In this document: positions 1-8,859 of the stretch, piece after piece
Layout of the letters: each line of letters begins with the position of its first letter
How positions within the stretch are numbered: position 1 is the first letter of the stretch
From: an uncultured bacterium
GTDB taxonomy: Bacteria > Acidobacteriota > UBA890
Assembly: GCA_937922775.1 (NCBI GenBank)
Contig: CALAKE010000485.1
Span: 1-30,059 of the forward strand
DNA length: 30,059 bases
Direction: 5' to 3'
Position numbers and translations under genes: made by a program
Notes under the pieces: generated by a model
Database searches by the model: none
What the model saw: only the letters and a program-made list of their open reading frames with translations
What the model was told of the DNA's origin: nothing

Positions 1-42
1 TCGCGCTCATCAAGCGGTCCGAACGCGGAATCGCTCGCCCCG

Positions 43-672
43 CTAGAACTCCCAGACGATCCCGCCCGCCACGCGGCGCAACGTGTATAGATGCTCGTTG
101 AAATCGCCCTGGATCGACCGCCACATCCAGTAGTTACGAAAGTCGCCCTTCATCGAGATCTTCTCGCTCATGAAGTAGCGGACCCCGATGCCCAGAGCGA
201 AGCCGGGTGCGATCTCAGTGTCCTCCTCGATCACTATGCCGAGCGCCTCTAGCTCGTCCTTGATGCCCTGCCGGGGGTCAAACTTGGCGTACATTACGCC
301 AGCTCCGATCGTGCCGTACGGGACGATCTTCGAGGTTCTCGCACCCGTCTGGAGCACGAGGCTTCCGAAGATCTGCGCCACCTTTCCGTCAAGACCGAAG
401 GTCAGATCACCCTCCACCTCAAAGCCGAATGTGGCGTTGGGCTTGAAGAAATACCCAATCGACCCGCCGACCTGGGCTGCGGTCGAGGCACCGAACATCG
501 AGCCGACGAGCACAGAGACATTTGCCCCACCGACCTGATCAGGAGGAGGTGGCGGCTGAACGTCTTGCTGCTGCTCCTGTGGCCCGTCAGTCGCAGCGAA
601 AGCACCGGCGGGCGTGAGCATCGACAGCGCCAGCGCGATGATGACGGCAGTGCATGATTTCATGAGGTTCAT
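43..672 (-). CDS. Outer-membrane beta-barrel (OmpA-like/porin family) protein
   Basis: Signal peptide (IIALALSMLTPAGAFA), Pro/Gln-rich linker, amphipathic beta-strands (YGTIGAGV, FALGIGVRYF) and C-terminal aromatic residue (IVWEF). Start uncertain (681 GTG, 672 ATG or 663 ATG). Confidence 0.75.
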   Translation of the reverse strand: MNLMKSCTAVIIALALSMLTPAGAFAATDGPQEQQQDVQPPPPPDQVGGANVSVLVGSMFGASTAAQVGGSIGYFFKPNATFGFEVEGDLTFGLDGKVAQIFGSLVLQTGARTSKIVPYGTIGAGVMYAKFDPRQGIKDELEALGIVIEEDTEIAPGFALGIGVRYFMSEKISMKGDFRNYWMWRSIQGDFNEHLYTLRRVAGGIVWEF

Positions 673-685
673 CGGCGGCACCTGG

Positions 686-1684
686 TCAGAACTGGAAGAC
701 TGTGCCGGTGGGGAAGTCGGCAGTTCGGTTGATCAGGGTAATGGTCTCGCCCCCTACCAACCCGAGCGGCAGAAAAGCCTCGAAAACCACGAGCTGTGAA
801 GGTTGAATATGGTCGAGCACTCGAGGCTCGAGGGTGATGATCAAGCGTGACCCACCCAGGTTGGTCGGGAAGTCCAGCCCCGCCGGGTCGTTCCTGAGGA
901 AGTCGTCTCCAGGTACCTCCGGGGGCGGGAACAGATCATCGACGTAGGCATTGAGGGTGTCGAGCTCATCGGCCACGTTGAACTGGCCCATGAGGACCTC
1001 CCTACCCTCGATGTAGATGAACTGTTCGTAGACGTATCCTGCCGTGGCCTCCGGAATGTCCAATGTCGGGTTGCCCTCCGAGTCGATGGCCCAGATCCCC
1101 GAGGCCTCGTTGCTATCAGGTCCATCGGTGGGCGTTTGGACCCGATAGCTGCCCGTGGCACTCTGAATCTGATTCGGTATCGGCGATGACAATTGGGCAA
1201 CACCCTCGCTGAACGGTCCCTGCATGATGACGTTGCCCGAGGGTGTTTCGGGGTTGCTGTTGAACAGCTCGATGGTCACGATAACCGACAGAGCTTTCGC
1301 CAGGTTGACGTCATACGTCGTGAAGCGCGGGATGAGGTTGCCGTCCCGATCGACCGTCTGGCCGCTCTCATTGATATTGAACGTTCCCAGAAAGCCGATC
1401 GCGTCGGTGCTCGAGATCCACAACCCGTAGATTCCCACCTCCTGAGGCAGCGTGACCAGCCTTTCGAAGGTGGCAACCACCCCGCGGACATCACCCAGGG
1501 CCCTTGGCAGGGGACTGGGCACCACTGGCGGGTCGCCGCAAGCAGGCAAGAGCATGGCCGCGAGCAAGACGATGCTCCCAGCGCGCCGAGCTAGAGAGGG
1601 GAACGTGTAGCGATTTGCGGAGCTCAATCTGACGACCATTCTATTTGGATGGGGATTGTGTCTGGTGAACCGGCTATCTCGCAA
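686..1684 (-). CDS. Lipoprotein with two RskA-C-terminal-like beta domains
   Basis: Lipobox-like LLPAC. Motifs QTPTDG..NEASGIW and EVPGDDFLRNDPAGLDFPTNL resemble a conserved lipoprotein family often auto-annotated as anti-sigma factor domain protein (from recall). Start may be downstream. Confidence 0.6.
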   Translation of the reverse strand: MRDSRFTRHNPHPNRMVVRLSSANRYTFPSLARRAGSIVLLAAMLLPACGDPPVVPSPLPRALGDVRGVVATFERLVTLPQEVGIYGLWISSTDAIGFLGTFNINESGQTVDRDGNLIPRFTTYDVNLAKALSVIVTIELFNSNPETPSGNVIMQGPFSEGVAQLSSPIPNQIQSATGSYRVQTPTDGPDSNEASGIWAIDSEGNPTLDIPEATAGYVYEQFIYIEGREVLMGQFNVADELDTLNAYVDDLFPPPEVPGDDFLRNDPAGLDFPTNLGGSRLIITLEPRVLDHIQPSQLVVFEAFLPLGLVGGETITLINRTADFPTGTVFQF

Positions 1685-2051
1685 TTGACTGCAACTCGAG
1701 AACTCCCAGGATGAGCGTGTAGAGGCACTCTCTGTCAGTCAGACCGTCGGCTATGCCCGCCTTCCATCCCTCGTAGACCTCGTCGGGCCCAACTCCTTTT
1801 TCCGCCAGCCATGATCTGCAGTTCTCCCAAGTCGGAAGCCACACAAAGTTCTCGAGAAGCTCATCCAGTCCGCCCACCATCGACTCGAAGGTGTTGGCGC
1901 TGTGGATCAGGTAGATGCCGGCCTGGAATGGTGACCCGGCCCGAATCATTCCGTTGACGTCGAAGACGTAGTGCCCCGGCTCTGGTCCCCAGGTCAGGCC
2001 CGATGACCGCAGCCTCGTCGCCATGTTGATTTCGGATTCAGTAAACCGCAC
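1674..2051 (-). CDS. Hypothetical protein
   Basis: 125-aa ORF with protein-like composition (WLPTW motif), overlapping the next gene's start by 11 bp. Confidence 0.7.
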   Translation of the reverse strand: MRFTESEINMATRLRSSGLTWGPEPGHYVFDVNGMIRAGSPFQAGIYLIHSANTFESMVGGLDELLENFVWLPTWENCRSWLAEKGVGPDEVYEGWKAGIADGLTDRECLYTLILGVLELQSIAR

Positions 2052-2240
2052 TTTCGCCCCGGCTCTGTTCTCAGTCCAGATCGTTCGCAGGCAATGAGAG
2101 CGATTCTACCAGGATCAGGTGCTCACGCGCGCGGCGCGACTGCAGCTTGTTCGGACAGGAGGATTGCCCCGTCGTGTTCTCAACGCGCCGTGAAGACCTC
2201 GCTTGACATTGCTCCACCACGACCTGCCTTTTCCTCGTTG

Positions 2241-2281
2241 AACAGAAACCCCCATCCCGGTACTGGTTTCCGGGATGGGGG
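2241..2281 (-). terminator. Intrinsic terminator downstream of the aminotransferase gene
   Basis: 12-bp perfect stem (2249-2260 / 2270-2281) with a 9-nt loop, followed on the minus strand by TTTCTGTT. Confidence 0.7.
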
Positions 2282-2303
2282 CCGAGCTATTTGTCGGATA
2301 CCG

Positions 2304-3593
2304 CTATGATGGCACGCCCTGCGCGACGAAATCGGCGAAGCCGTCCGCATCCTGAACAGCATCTCCGATGCGACGCACACCCTCGAGCAGCGACTCGTCG
2401 TCCGTTGCCGTGCTCAGTCGCAGATAGTTCTCACCCTCGCTTCCCAACCTGCAGAACGACGGGCGATCCATCGTGGCAACCCCGTACCGGTACAGAAGGA
2501 ACATCTGCATCAGCGTCGACGGGCTCGACTTCGCCTGCTCCTCCGGCGACATCGCGTTGAAGGCGTCAATGGCACCGACGTTCTCACATGCTCCCGTGAT
2601 GTTCGGGAAGACATAGAAGGCGCCTCTCGGCATCACGCAGGTGACGCCGTCGATGGCGTTGAGGCCCTCGACCACGAGCTTGCGGCGCCGGTCGAACGCC
2701 TCGACCATCTTGGCGATCTCGACGGCACTCTGTGGGTTCTCGAGCGCCTCGCGGCCAGCCTCCTGGATGAAAGGCGGCGTGCAAGAGATGAAGTTGATGT
2801 TGAGGTTCTTGAAAATCTCCGCTTCCTCGACGGTCGGCAACACGCTGTAGCCGAGGCGCCAGCCAGTCATCGCGTAGGTCTTGGAATGACCCGACAGGAG
2901 AACGGTCCGCTCCTCCATCCCGGGCTGGCTGATGATGCTCGAGTGGGTGAGCCCGTCGAAGACGATGTACTCGTAGACTTCGTCAGTGAATACGCGGCAG
3001 TCGGGGTGTGCCTTTTCGGCGATGACCTGGGCAATAGCGGCCATGTCCTCCTCGCCGACAACTCCGCCACACGGATTCGACGGCGTGTTCAGCATGATGA
3101 GCCGCGTACGGTCTGTGATCAGCTCGGCCAGGTCATCGGGTCGCAGTGCGAAGCCGGCGGATTCCCGGATCCGTAGCGGTACTGGCTTGGCCTCGACGAA
3201 CGTCACCCACGACTCGTATACAGGGAAGCCGGGGCTCGGGTAGATCACCTCATCGCCGGGGTTGACGTAGGTGAGCAGGGTGTAGGTGATTGACGGCTTG
3301 GCGCCGGGATGAACGACCACGCGGTTCATGTCGACGTCGATGCCACGCGTCTCGCTGACCTGACGCGCGATCGCCTGCCGCAAGCCGGGGATGCCCGCTG
3401 GGGCAGTGTAGTGACTATTGCCCGCCTCGATCTGTTCCATTCCCACCTTGGCAATGTGCATGGGAGCATCGAAGTCGGGCTCGCCCAGGTTGAACTTGAC
3501 CACATCGAGGCCGGCAGCCGTTGCCGCGATGATGTGATCCCCGAGCTTGAACGCGTTCTCCGTACCGAGATTCTTGAGACGATCTGCGTACAT
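2304..3593 (-). CDS. PLP-dependent aminotransferase class I/II (aspartate aminotransferase-like)
   Basis: NLGEPDF, YTAPAGIPGLR, NTPSNPCG, TDEVYE and the PLP-lysine motif SKTYAMTGWRLG; SD AAGGAG upstream of the ATG. Confidence 0.95.
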   Translation of the reverse strand: MYADRLKNLGTENAFKLGDHIIAATAAGLDVVKFNLGEPDFDAPMHIAKVGMEQIEAGNSHYTAPAGIPGLRQAIARQVSETRGIDVDMNRVVVHPGAKPSITYTLLTYVNPGDEVIYPSPGFPVYESWVTFVEAKPVPLRIRESAGFALRPDDLAELITDRTRLIMLNTPSNPCGGVVGEEDMAAIAQVIAEKAHPDCRVFTDEVYEYIVFDGLTHSSIISQPGMEERTVLLSGHSKTYAMTGWRLGYSVLPTVEEAEIFKNLNINFISCTPPFIQEAGREALENPQSAVEIAKMVEAFDRRRKLVVEGLNAIDGVTCVMPRGAFYVFPNITGACENVGAIDAFNAMSPEEQAKSSPSTLMQMFLLYRYGVATMDRPSFCRLGSEGENYLRLSTATDDESLLEGVRRIGDAVQDADGFADFVAQGVPS

Positions 3594-3780
3594 CGTGGGG
3601 CCCTCTCCTTGTTACGGAGACCGCACCGAGGGGCGATCATCCGAGAGGTAGAGTGAGAGCGATGGGCTGCAATCTGCACGAACACGACTAGACTATCACC
3701 GGAGCATCTGAGCAAAAAGTCAGGTCGCCTCCGGCACGACGATCTCACCCTGGCCCACCGATGCTCTCGCGGTGAACACG

Positions 3781-4043
3781 CTTTCCACCGAACTTGTGCA
3801 AAACTCCTGTGGAAAACATCATCAAACCTGACGCCAGCCTACGTCTGTCAATGACTCCTGCAGATTGCACTGCCAGATGTGCAGGGCGAGAGACTCTCGA
3901 ATATCCATATTTGTCTTTGTTCATAGGCGCTTAGAGGCCACCGGTGGTCACGAGAGCGTAGTTCTACCGGGGAGGTGCGGTGAGACCGGTCAAGCTGTCC
4001 AGTGCTCGAAAGGTCCGCAGGCGGTGACGGTGCCTTTTGCACA
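3781..4043. promoter_or_regulatory. Cluster of DnaA-box-like sites
   Basis: Exact TTWTNCACA matches at 3795-3803 (-), 3808-3816 (-) and 4035-4043 (+); two-mismatch boxes at 3781-3789 and 3901-3909. Confidence 0.4.
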
Positions 4044-4087
4044 GGTGGGGCATGAAAATGTGCCGCTCCTCACGCCCGATCATCGAG

Positions 4088-4116
4088 TTGACACTGAGAT
4101 GTGCCCTGGATAGAGT
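4088..4116 (+). promoter_or_regulatory. Sigma70-type promoter
   Basis: TTGACA (4088-4093), 17-bp spacer, TAGAGT (4111-4116). Confidence 0.55.
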
Positions 4117-4122
4117 AATTTC

Positions 4123-4270
4123 CCGGAGCGCGGACTCGTGCTCCAAAGATCTACAAACAGGCTGTAAACCTCCAGGGGGAAGGGTGTTTTCCCCCGCCAA
4201 TGCCCACATCCTTGGGGGGACGAAGGCCTGTTCTCGTGGCCCACGAGCACTAGTTCGTGGGCCACATTTT
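4123..4270 (+). ncRNA. Candidate structured small RNA, family not recognised
   Basis: Bounded by a sigma70-type promoter and an intrinsic terminator, contains several hairpins, and has no substantial ORF. Confidence 0.35.
4236..4270 (+). terminator. Intrinsic terminator
   Basis: GTGGCCCACGA / TCGTGGGCCAC 11-bp perfect stem (extendable to 13 bp around an ACUA loop) followed by ATTTT. Confidence 0.6.
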
Positions 4271-4408
4271 CCTTCGGCACGCGCCTTGCCTGCCCAACTC
4301 TCTCCACGCCCTCGCGACGGAGCACGAAGGTAGATGAGGGCCCCGCTCGATTCGAGTTACCCGCGATGCGGTCAGCTGAAGATCAGTTCAGGGGCTTGGT
4401 GGGGTGGG

Positions 4409-4834
4409 TTAGCCGGTTGCGACGACGCCGACACCGAGTCGGAAGACGAGGATGCCGCCATGGTAGCCGGTCAGGATCAGGGTCGCCGTGCCGAGGCCAG
4501 CAAGTGCCCAATACAGCCCTTGATAACGCTGGGGGAGAGATCCTCTCAGCGCTCCTCTCCAGGTCAGGCAAACGACGAAGCAGGCCAAGGTGGCAATCGC
4601 CAGGTTGCGGTGATTCAAGAGCGTGCGAGTCAGATGATCGCCGCCTGAAACCCCCTTGGCCGCCGCGAAGCCTGAAAGCAGCGCGAATGCCGCAGCCAGA
4701 GTTCCGAACTGCAACGTCCACCACGCAACGATGCGTAGGTCGCGCTCCTCGACCGTCGCGGCAATCAAGTCACACACGAAAGACGTGACGAGAAGCGCGA
4801 CAGCGAAATCGACCACAATCGCGTGAGGCACCAT
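4409..4834 (-). CDS. DUF2231-like membrane protein
   Basis: Four hydrophobic segments; HAIVVDFAVAL, HRNLAI and TGYHGGILVFRLGVGV resemble DUF2231 family motifs. Confidence 0.75.
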   Translation of the reverse strand: MVPHAIVVDFAVALLVTSFVCDLIAATVEERDLRIVAWWTLQFGTLAAAFALLSGFAAAKGVSGGDHLTRTLLNHRNLAIATLACFVVCLTWRGALRGSLPQRYQGLYWALAGLGTATLILTGYHGGILVFRLGVGVVATG

Positions 4835-4903
4835 GAGCGTTGGCCTCGCTCGTTGATGAGATCCTGCCCGGCGGGATTTCTCCGGGCACCATCTCGTACG
4901 AGG

Positions 4904-5299
4904 CTAGTCGGAGGACAGCGCTAGGTCTGCCTCGGCCGGGTCCGATACCTTGAATATGCACATGGCATTGCCGGAAGAGCTGGCAACGGTTACGTAGGCA
5001 TAGTCGACGTTGATGCTCTTCTCAGCCAGCAACACCGCCACCTTACCCAGAGCTCCCGGCTCGTCCGATACCTCGACTCCGAGAACATCGACCGTGGAGA
5101 ACGGCAGGTCCGCAGTGCGCAACGCCTGGGAGGCGTTATCGACATCGTCGGCGATCAGCCGGACGATCCCATAGTCAGAAGCCTCCGATGTCACCATGGC
5201 GCGGAGGTTCACGCCCTCTGTTTCCAGGGCGTTGCAGAGGGTCGCCAGGCGACCCGGTTCGTTTTCGAGAAACACCGTGATTTGTCTGAGCACGGGCAT
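4904..5299 (-). CDS. ACT domain protein (two ACT repeats)
   Basis: QITVFLENEPGRL and VEVSDEPGALGKV ACT signatures. Confidence 0.9.
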   Translation of the reverse strand: MPVLRQITVFLENEPGRLATLCNALETEGVNLRAMVTSEASDYGIVRLIADDVDNASQALRTADLPFSTVDVLGVEVSDEPGALGKVAVLLAEKSINVDYAYVTVASSSGNAMCIFKVSDPAEADLALSSD

Positions 5300-5330
5300 A
5301 TTCAGCTCTCACTCCTGGTCTGAGTGTTCC

Positions 5331-6509
5331 TTATCCCCCGGCACGTAGCCGCTGCAGCCGCAGACCGGCCTCCCGCAGCGTCTCGTTCCTCTTGCAGAAA
5401 GCGAAGCGAACCTGTTGGGCGCCCCTCGCAGATTCACTATAGAACGACGAGCCAGGAACGACAGCCACTCCGATCTCCTCGACGAGGTAGTCGGAGAAGG
5501 CCAAATCGTCGACGTAACCGAAACTGCTGATATCCGTCATCACGTAGTAGGCGCCGTCGGGAACAAAGACGCCGAAGCCGGCATCCTCGAGCGCCCCGCA
5601 GAGCAGGTCACGTCGCTCACGGTATGAGGCACAAAGACCGTGGTAGTAGTCCGCGTGTAAATCCAACGCCACCGCCCCCGCTTCCTGCAGCGGGGCCGCG
5701 GCCCCGACTGTCAGAAAATCATGTACCTTTCGGATCGCAGCCGTGATGTCCTCTGCTGCCACGGTCCAGCCAACGCGCCATCCCGTCACTGAGTAGGTCT
5801 TCGACATGCCGTTGATGACGACGGTGCGGTCTCGCATCCCGGGCAGCGTTATCATCGAGCGATGCCGAAGCGGGCGCTCCGGTTGATCGTAGATGATGTG
5901 CTCGTAGATCTCGTCAGTCACCGCGACGACATTGTGCTTGATGCATAGCGCGGCAATACGAGTGAGCTCGTCGTCGCTGAAGACCTTTCCGGTCGGGTTG
6001 TTGGGCGTATTCAGAATAATGACCTTCGTGTGGCTATTGAACGCCGCCTCGAGCTCCTTCATGTCGATACGCCAATCCGGTGGGCGCAGGGACACGAAGC
6101 GTGGTGTGGCCCCCGAGAGAATCGCGTCGGGGCCGTAGTTTTCGTAGAAGGGCTCGAAGATTACGACCTCGTCCCCCGGATTGATGAGCGCCAGCATCGT
6201 CGAAATCATCGCCTCCGTGGCACCACAGGTCACCGTGACTTCTCGCTCCGGATCGATCCGCACGCCGTCTCGCTCGAGCTTGGCGGCCAGTGCGTGGCGA
6301 ATACTGCGTGCGCCCCAGGTGATGGCGTACTGATTCACGTCGGCATTAATCGCCTTCACCGCAGCCTGTTTGATCTCGTCCGGAGCAGGAAAGTCGGGGA
6401 AGCCCTGAGATAGGTTCACGGCGCCGTGTTCGAGCGCCTTGCGAGTCATCTCCCGTATCACCGACTCGGTGAAGTGCTTGACCTTGGTGGAGAGAACAGG
6501 CCTTGCCAC
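5331..6509 (-). CDS. PLP-dependent aminotransferase class I/II (YbdL/kynurenine aminotransferase-like)
   Basis: NLSQGFPDF, NQYAITWG, NTPNNPTGKVF, TDEIYEH, SKTYSVTGWRVG, GAYY and VRFAFCK. The ORF extends to 6584; GTG 6509 is the preferred start. Confidence 0.93.
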   Translation of the reverse strand: MARPVLSTKVKHFTESVIREMTRKALEHGAVNLSQGFPDFPAPDEIKQAAVKAINADVNQYAITWGARSIRHALAAKLERDGVRIDPEREVTVTCGATEAMISTMLALINPGDEVVIFEPFYENYGPDAILSGATPRFVSLRPPDWRIDMKELEAAFNSHTKVIILNTPNNPTGKVFSDDELTRIAALCIKHNVVAVTDEIYEHIIYDQPERPLRHRSMITLPGMRDRTVVINGMSKTYSVTGWRVGWTVAAEDITAAIRKVHDFLTVGAAAPLQEAGAVALDLHADYYHGLCASYRERRDLLCGALEDAGFGVFVPDGAYYVMTDISSFGYVDDLAFSDYLVEEIGVAVVPGSSFYSESARGAQQVRFAFCKRNETLREAGLRLQRLRAGG

Positions 6510-6751
6510 TTCGGGCGCTGACCCGTCCCGGCTACCAGTTGAGTCTCCCGCTCTTGACTCTGGCGATGAAGATGTTGGTGCCACAGCATACCTACGTTCT
6601 GATTAGCGAGGCTCTCGTCTCAGTTTCTAAAGATACGATCCCGTCATCTTACGTGGGTATCCCAGCAGTGACCAGCAGCACGCTAGCTAGCAGCGACTCG
6701 CGCGCACGGCTAGCATGTGACATTCCATTTCCCTACCCGACCTCAAAGCAC

Positions 6752-7786
6752 ATGCTGCGTCGCTGGATCGAAAACTGGGAGTTGTCCATTTACGCTGACG
6801 ACCTCGATGATCGTCGGCCCCAGGCCTTTGGATGGGGCCTGGATGAGGTGGAAGATCTTATCCCCGGGCCCCTCGACCACCTCGATCCCGAGAAGACACT
6901 GGTCGAGCTCGGCCGAAAGCTGAGTGCCGACGGGGATGCTTTCTACCGCGTCGCACCCCTGCAGGAGGAGAGTTTTGACGGGCACCGTCTTTGCTTCGTC
7001 TCTCCCCTCCCGTCGGTTCACATTGAAACTGCCCGTGCCAGCGCTCGACTTTTCGAATCATCGCGAGCGGCGCGGCGCGCAGTCATTGTCATTCCGCAGT
7101 GGAACTCCAACGAAGATTCGCACGTCCAGGCCTGCAAGATCCTGAACGCCTTTGGCATGACCGCACTGCGGCTGACACTGCCGTTCCACGAGAACCGGCG
7201 TCCGCGCGAGATGCTGAGGGCGGATCCGATGGTGAGTCCGGTGATCGGCCAGACCTTGCAGGAGATCCGGCGGGCGGTTCTGGAGGTGCGGCAACTTGTG
7301 GCCTGGCTGTGGGACCGTGGCTACGACCGAATCGGACTTCTGGGCAGCAGCCTGGGGTCTTGCATCGCCTACCTGGCGTGTGCGCACGAGCCGCGAGTTC
7401 GGGCAATGACTCTCAATCATGCCGCGGCGTACTTCGCAGACGTGGTTTGGGAGGGGCTGGTTACCGATCATGTACGACGCAGTCTCGATTCTCACGTCGA
7501 CCTGCCCACTTTACGTCAGGTCTGGGCACCGATCTCGCCCATCCATTTTGCTCCTCGTCTGGCGCGTCCGGACCTGAAGACTCTGGTAATTTCCGGCGCC
7601 TATGATTCGACCTTCCTGCCTTCCCACTCACGACCGCTGATAGATGCCTTGCGTTCCCAAGGCGCCGATCTCACGCGCGTTGTTCTGCCATGCGGCCACT
7701 ACACCCTGGGACGACCGCCCTTCTACCTCATCGACGCCTTCCTGATTGCGAGCTTTCTGCGTCGCGGGTTGTCCAGGAAGGACTGA
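6752..7786 (+). CDS. Alpha/beta hydrolase family protein
   Basis: Nucleophile elbow GSSLG, with AYD and PCGHY as candidate acid and His. Start set at ATG 6752 (MLRRWIENWE) because the longer ORF overlaps the divergent gene. Confidence 0.8.
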   Translation: MLRRWIENWELSIYADDLDDRRPQAFGWGLDEVEDLIPGPLDHLDPEKTLVELGRKLSADGDAFYRVAPLQEESFDGHRLCFVSPLPSVHIETARASARLFESSRAARRAVIVIPQWNSNEDSHVQACKILNAFGMTALRLTLPFHENRRPREMLRADPMVSPVIGQTLQEIRRAVLEVRQLVAWLWDRGYDRIGLLGSSLGSCIAYLACAHEPRVRAMTLNHAAAYFADVVWEGLVTDHVRRSLDSHVDLPTLRQVWAPISPIHFAPRLARPDLKTLVISGAYDSTFLPSHSRPLIDALRSQGADLTRVVLPCGHYTLGRPPFYLIDAFLIASFLRRGLSRKD

Positions 7787-7866
7787 CAGCCGGGGCGTCG
7801 GCCGTTGTTCGCGAACCGAGGCCCTTGTCACAGGTGGCTGCGCCACGGCCTGCTCCCGAGCCGCGA

Positions 7867-8478
7867 TCAGAACCTGACGGTGATACCGCCAGAGAACTCG
7901 ATGTTGTGCAGCGTGGTGTCCTGAAAGAGGAGGAGGGCTTGGCGAAACTCGGGGTCGAGATTGTCCACCTTGAGCGGCGTGATGTGGTCTTTCAAATCCA
8001 CCCGGGCGCCGAGGCTTCCGAAGGCCATTTTGATGCCACCGCCGAAGACGTAGCCGAGCACCGTCTCGCTAGGGGTGTCTCCCGTCTGCAGCCGGATATG
8101 GTCGAAGCCTAGCCCGCCACCGACATAAGGTTGAACGGGCCCCGGGAAGAGAACTATCTGCAGCTCTGCCTCTGCATAGATCAGCTTGGCGTCGTATGAG
8201 CTCCCGCCCGACAGATTGATGGCGCTCGGGCTGTAGATAATGCTGCCTTCCACGGCGAAGGGGAATGCAGTTACTCCAATGCGTCCGCCGAAAAGGGGAG
8301 CGTTCTTGAAATCCTGGGCAACTTCGGGGAGGTCGACCACATCGAGCACATCTCTGAAGCTGTCGCCGATGAGGGCGCCGATGACGAAGGAAACCTCCTG
8401 CGCCGCCGCAGGTTGAGGGACGAGGAGCACGCCCGTGAGGAAAAGCAGAGCTCCGGCGATCAGACGTGTCGCGCGCAT
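7867..8478 (-). CDS. Outer-membrane beta-barrel (porin family) protein
   Basis: Signal peptide ending PAAA, beta-strand patterns (PYVGGGLG, YVFGGGIK, ARVDLKD) and terminal ITVRF. Confidence 0.8.
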   Translation of the reverse strand: MRATRLIAGALLFLTGVLLVPQPAAAQEVSFVIGALIGDSFRDVLDVVDLPEVAQDFKNAPLFGGRIGVTAFPFAVEGSIIYSPSAINLSGGSSYDAKLIYAEAELQIVLFPGPVQPYVGGGLGFDHIRLQTGDTPSETVLGYVFGGGIKMAFGSLGARVDLKDHITPLKVDNLDPEFRQALLLFQDTTLHNIEFSGGITVRF

Positions 8479-8859
8479 TGAATCCTCCAGTGCTGAGTCG
8501 AAGAGCTGCGCCGCCTAAGGGGCGTGTCGGCAGGCTGCCATGCTTCTGACCATCATTCTACCTCAGACGAGTGAAATGACATTGGTGGGTGGTGCGTCCG
8601 TAGGGGGCGTCTATGTTGTGCCGAGCCGGCTCTATTGGCCTGTCTCCAAGGCACTCTTTGCGACGGGGGGCTGGAGTTATTTAACTTTTTGGTGCACTGT
8701 TTACGTCTTGGCAGGAGTGACCAACGCAGCCCAAAAGCAGCACTTGGTGGTCACTAGCAGAGGCCAATGTCGGAAGGGAGGCACCCTTCGACGTTATCAA
8801 TAGTCAGGGTGCGCCCTGAAGTCGTGCGTATGGGGGCCGTTGCAGGGGGGAGGTGTTTG

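Noticed and set aside
3668-3883. TGCA-N3-TGCA motifs in inverted orientation (3668-3678, 3859-3869) and TGCAC-N8-GTGCA as a possible NtrC site
   Set aside because: The NtrC spacing is N7, not N8, and no sigma54 promoter was found nearby; the short motifs may be chance.
3594-4080. Riboswitch upstream of the aminotransferase (fragments resembling lysine GAGGUGCG, fluoride AUGACUCCU, SAM GGUGCC)
   Set aside because: Only isolated short matches, on the strand opposite to the gene, without the remaining conserved elements.
4158-4175. CTGTAAA loop resembling a tRNA-Tyr anticodon arm
   Set aside because: No full anticodon stem, T-loop or acceptor stem.
6503-6751. N-terminal extension of the alpha/beta hydrolase ORF
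   Set aside because: Low-complexity sequence overlapping the divergent aminotransferase start; ATG 6752 is more plausible.
8640-8670. GGCAC..TTGC as a sigma54 promoter for the bEBP
   Set aside because: GG-to-GC spacing is 8 nt; the required spacing is 10.
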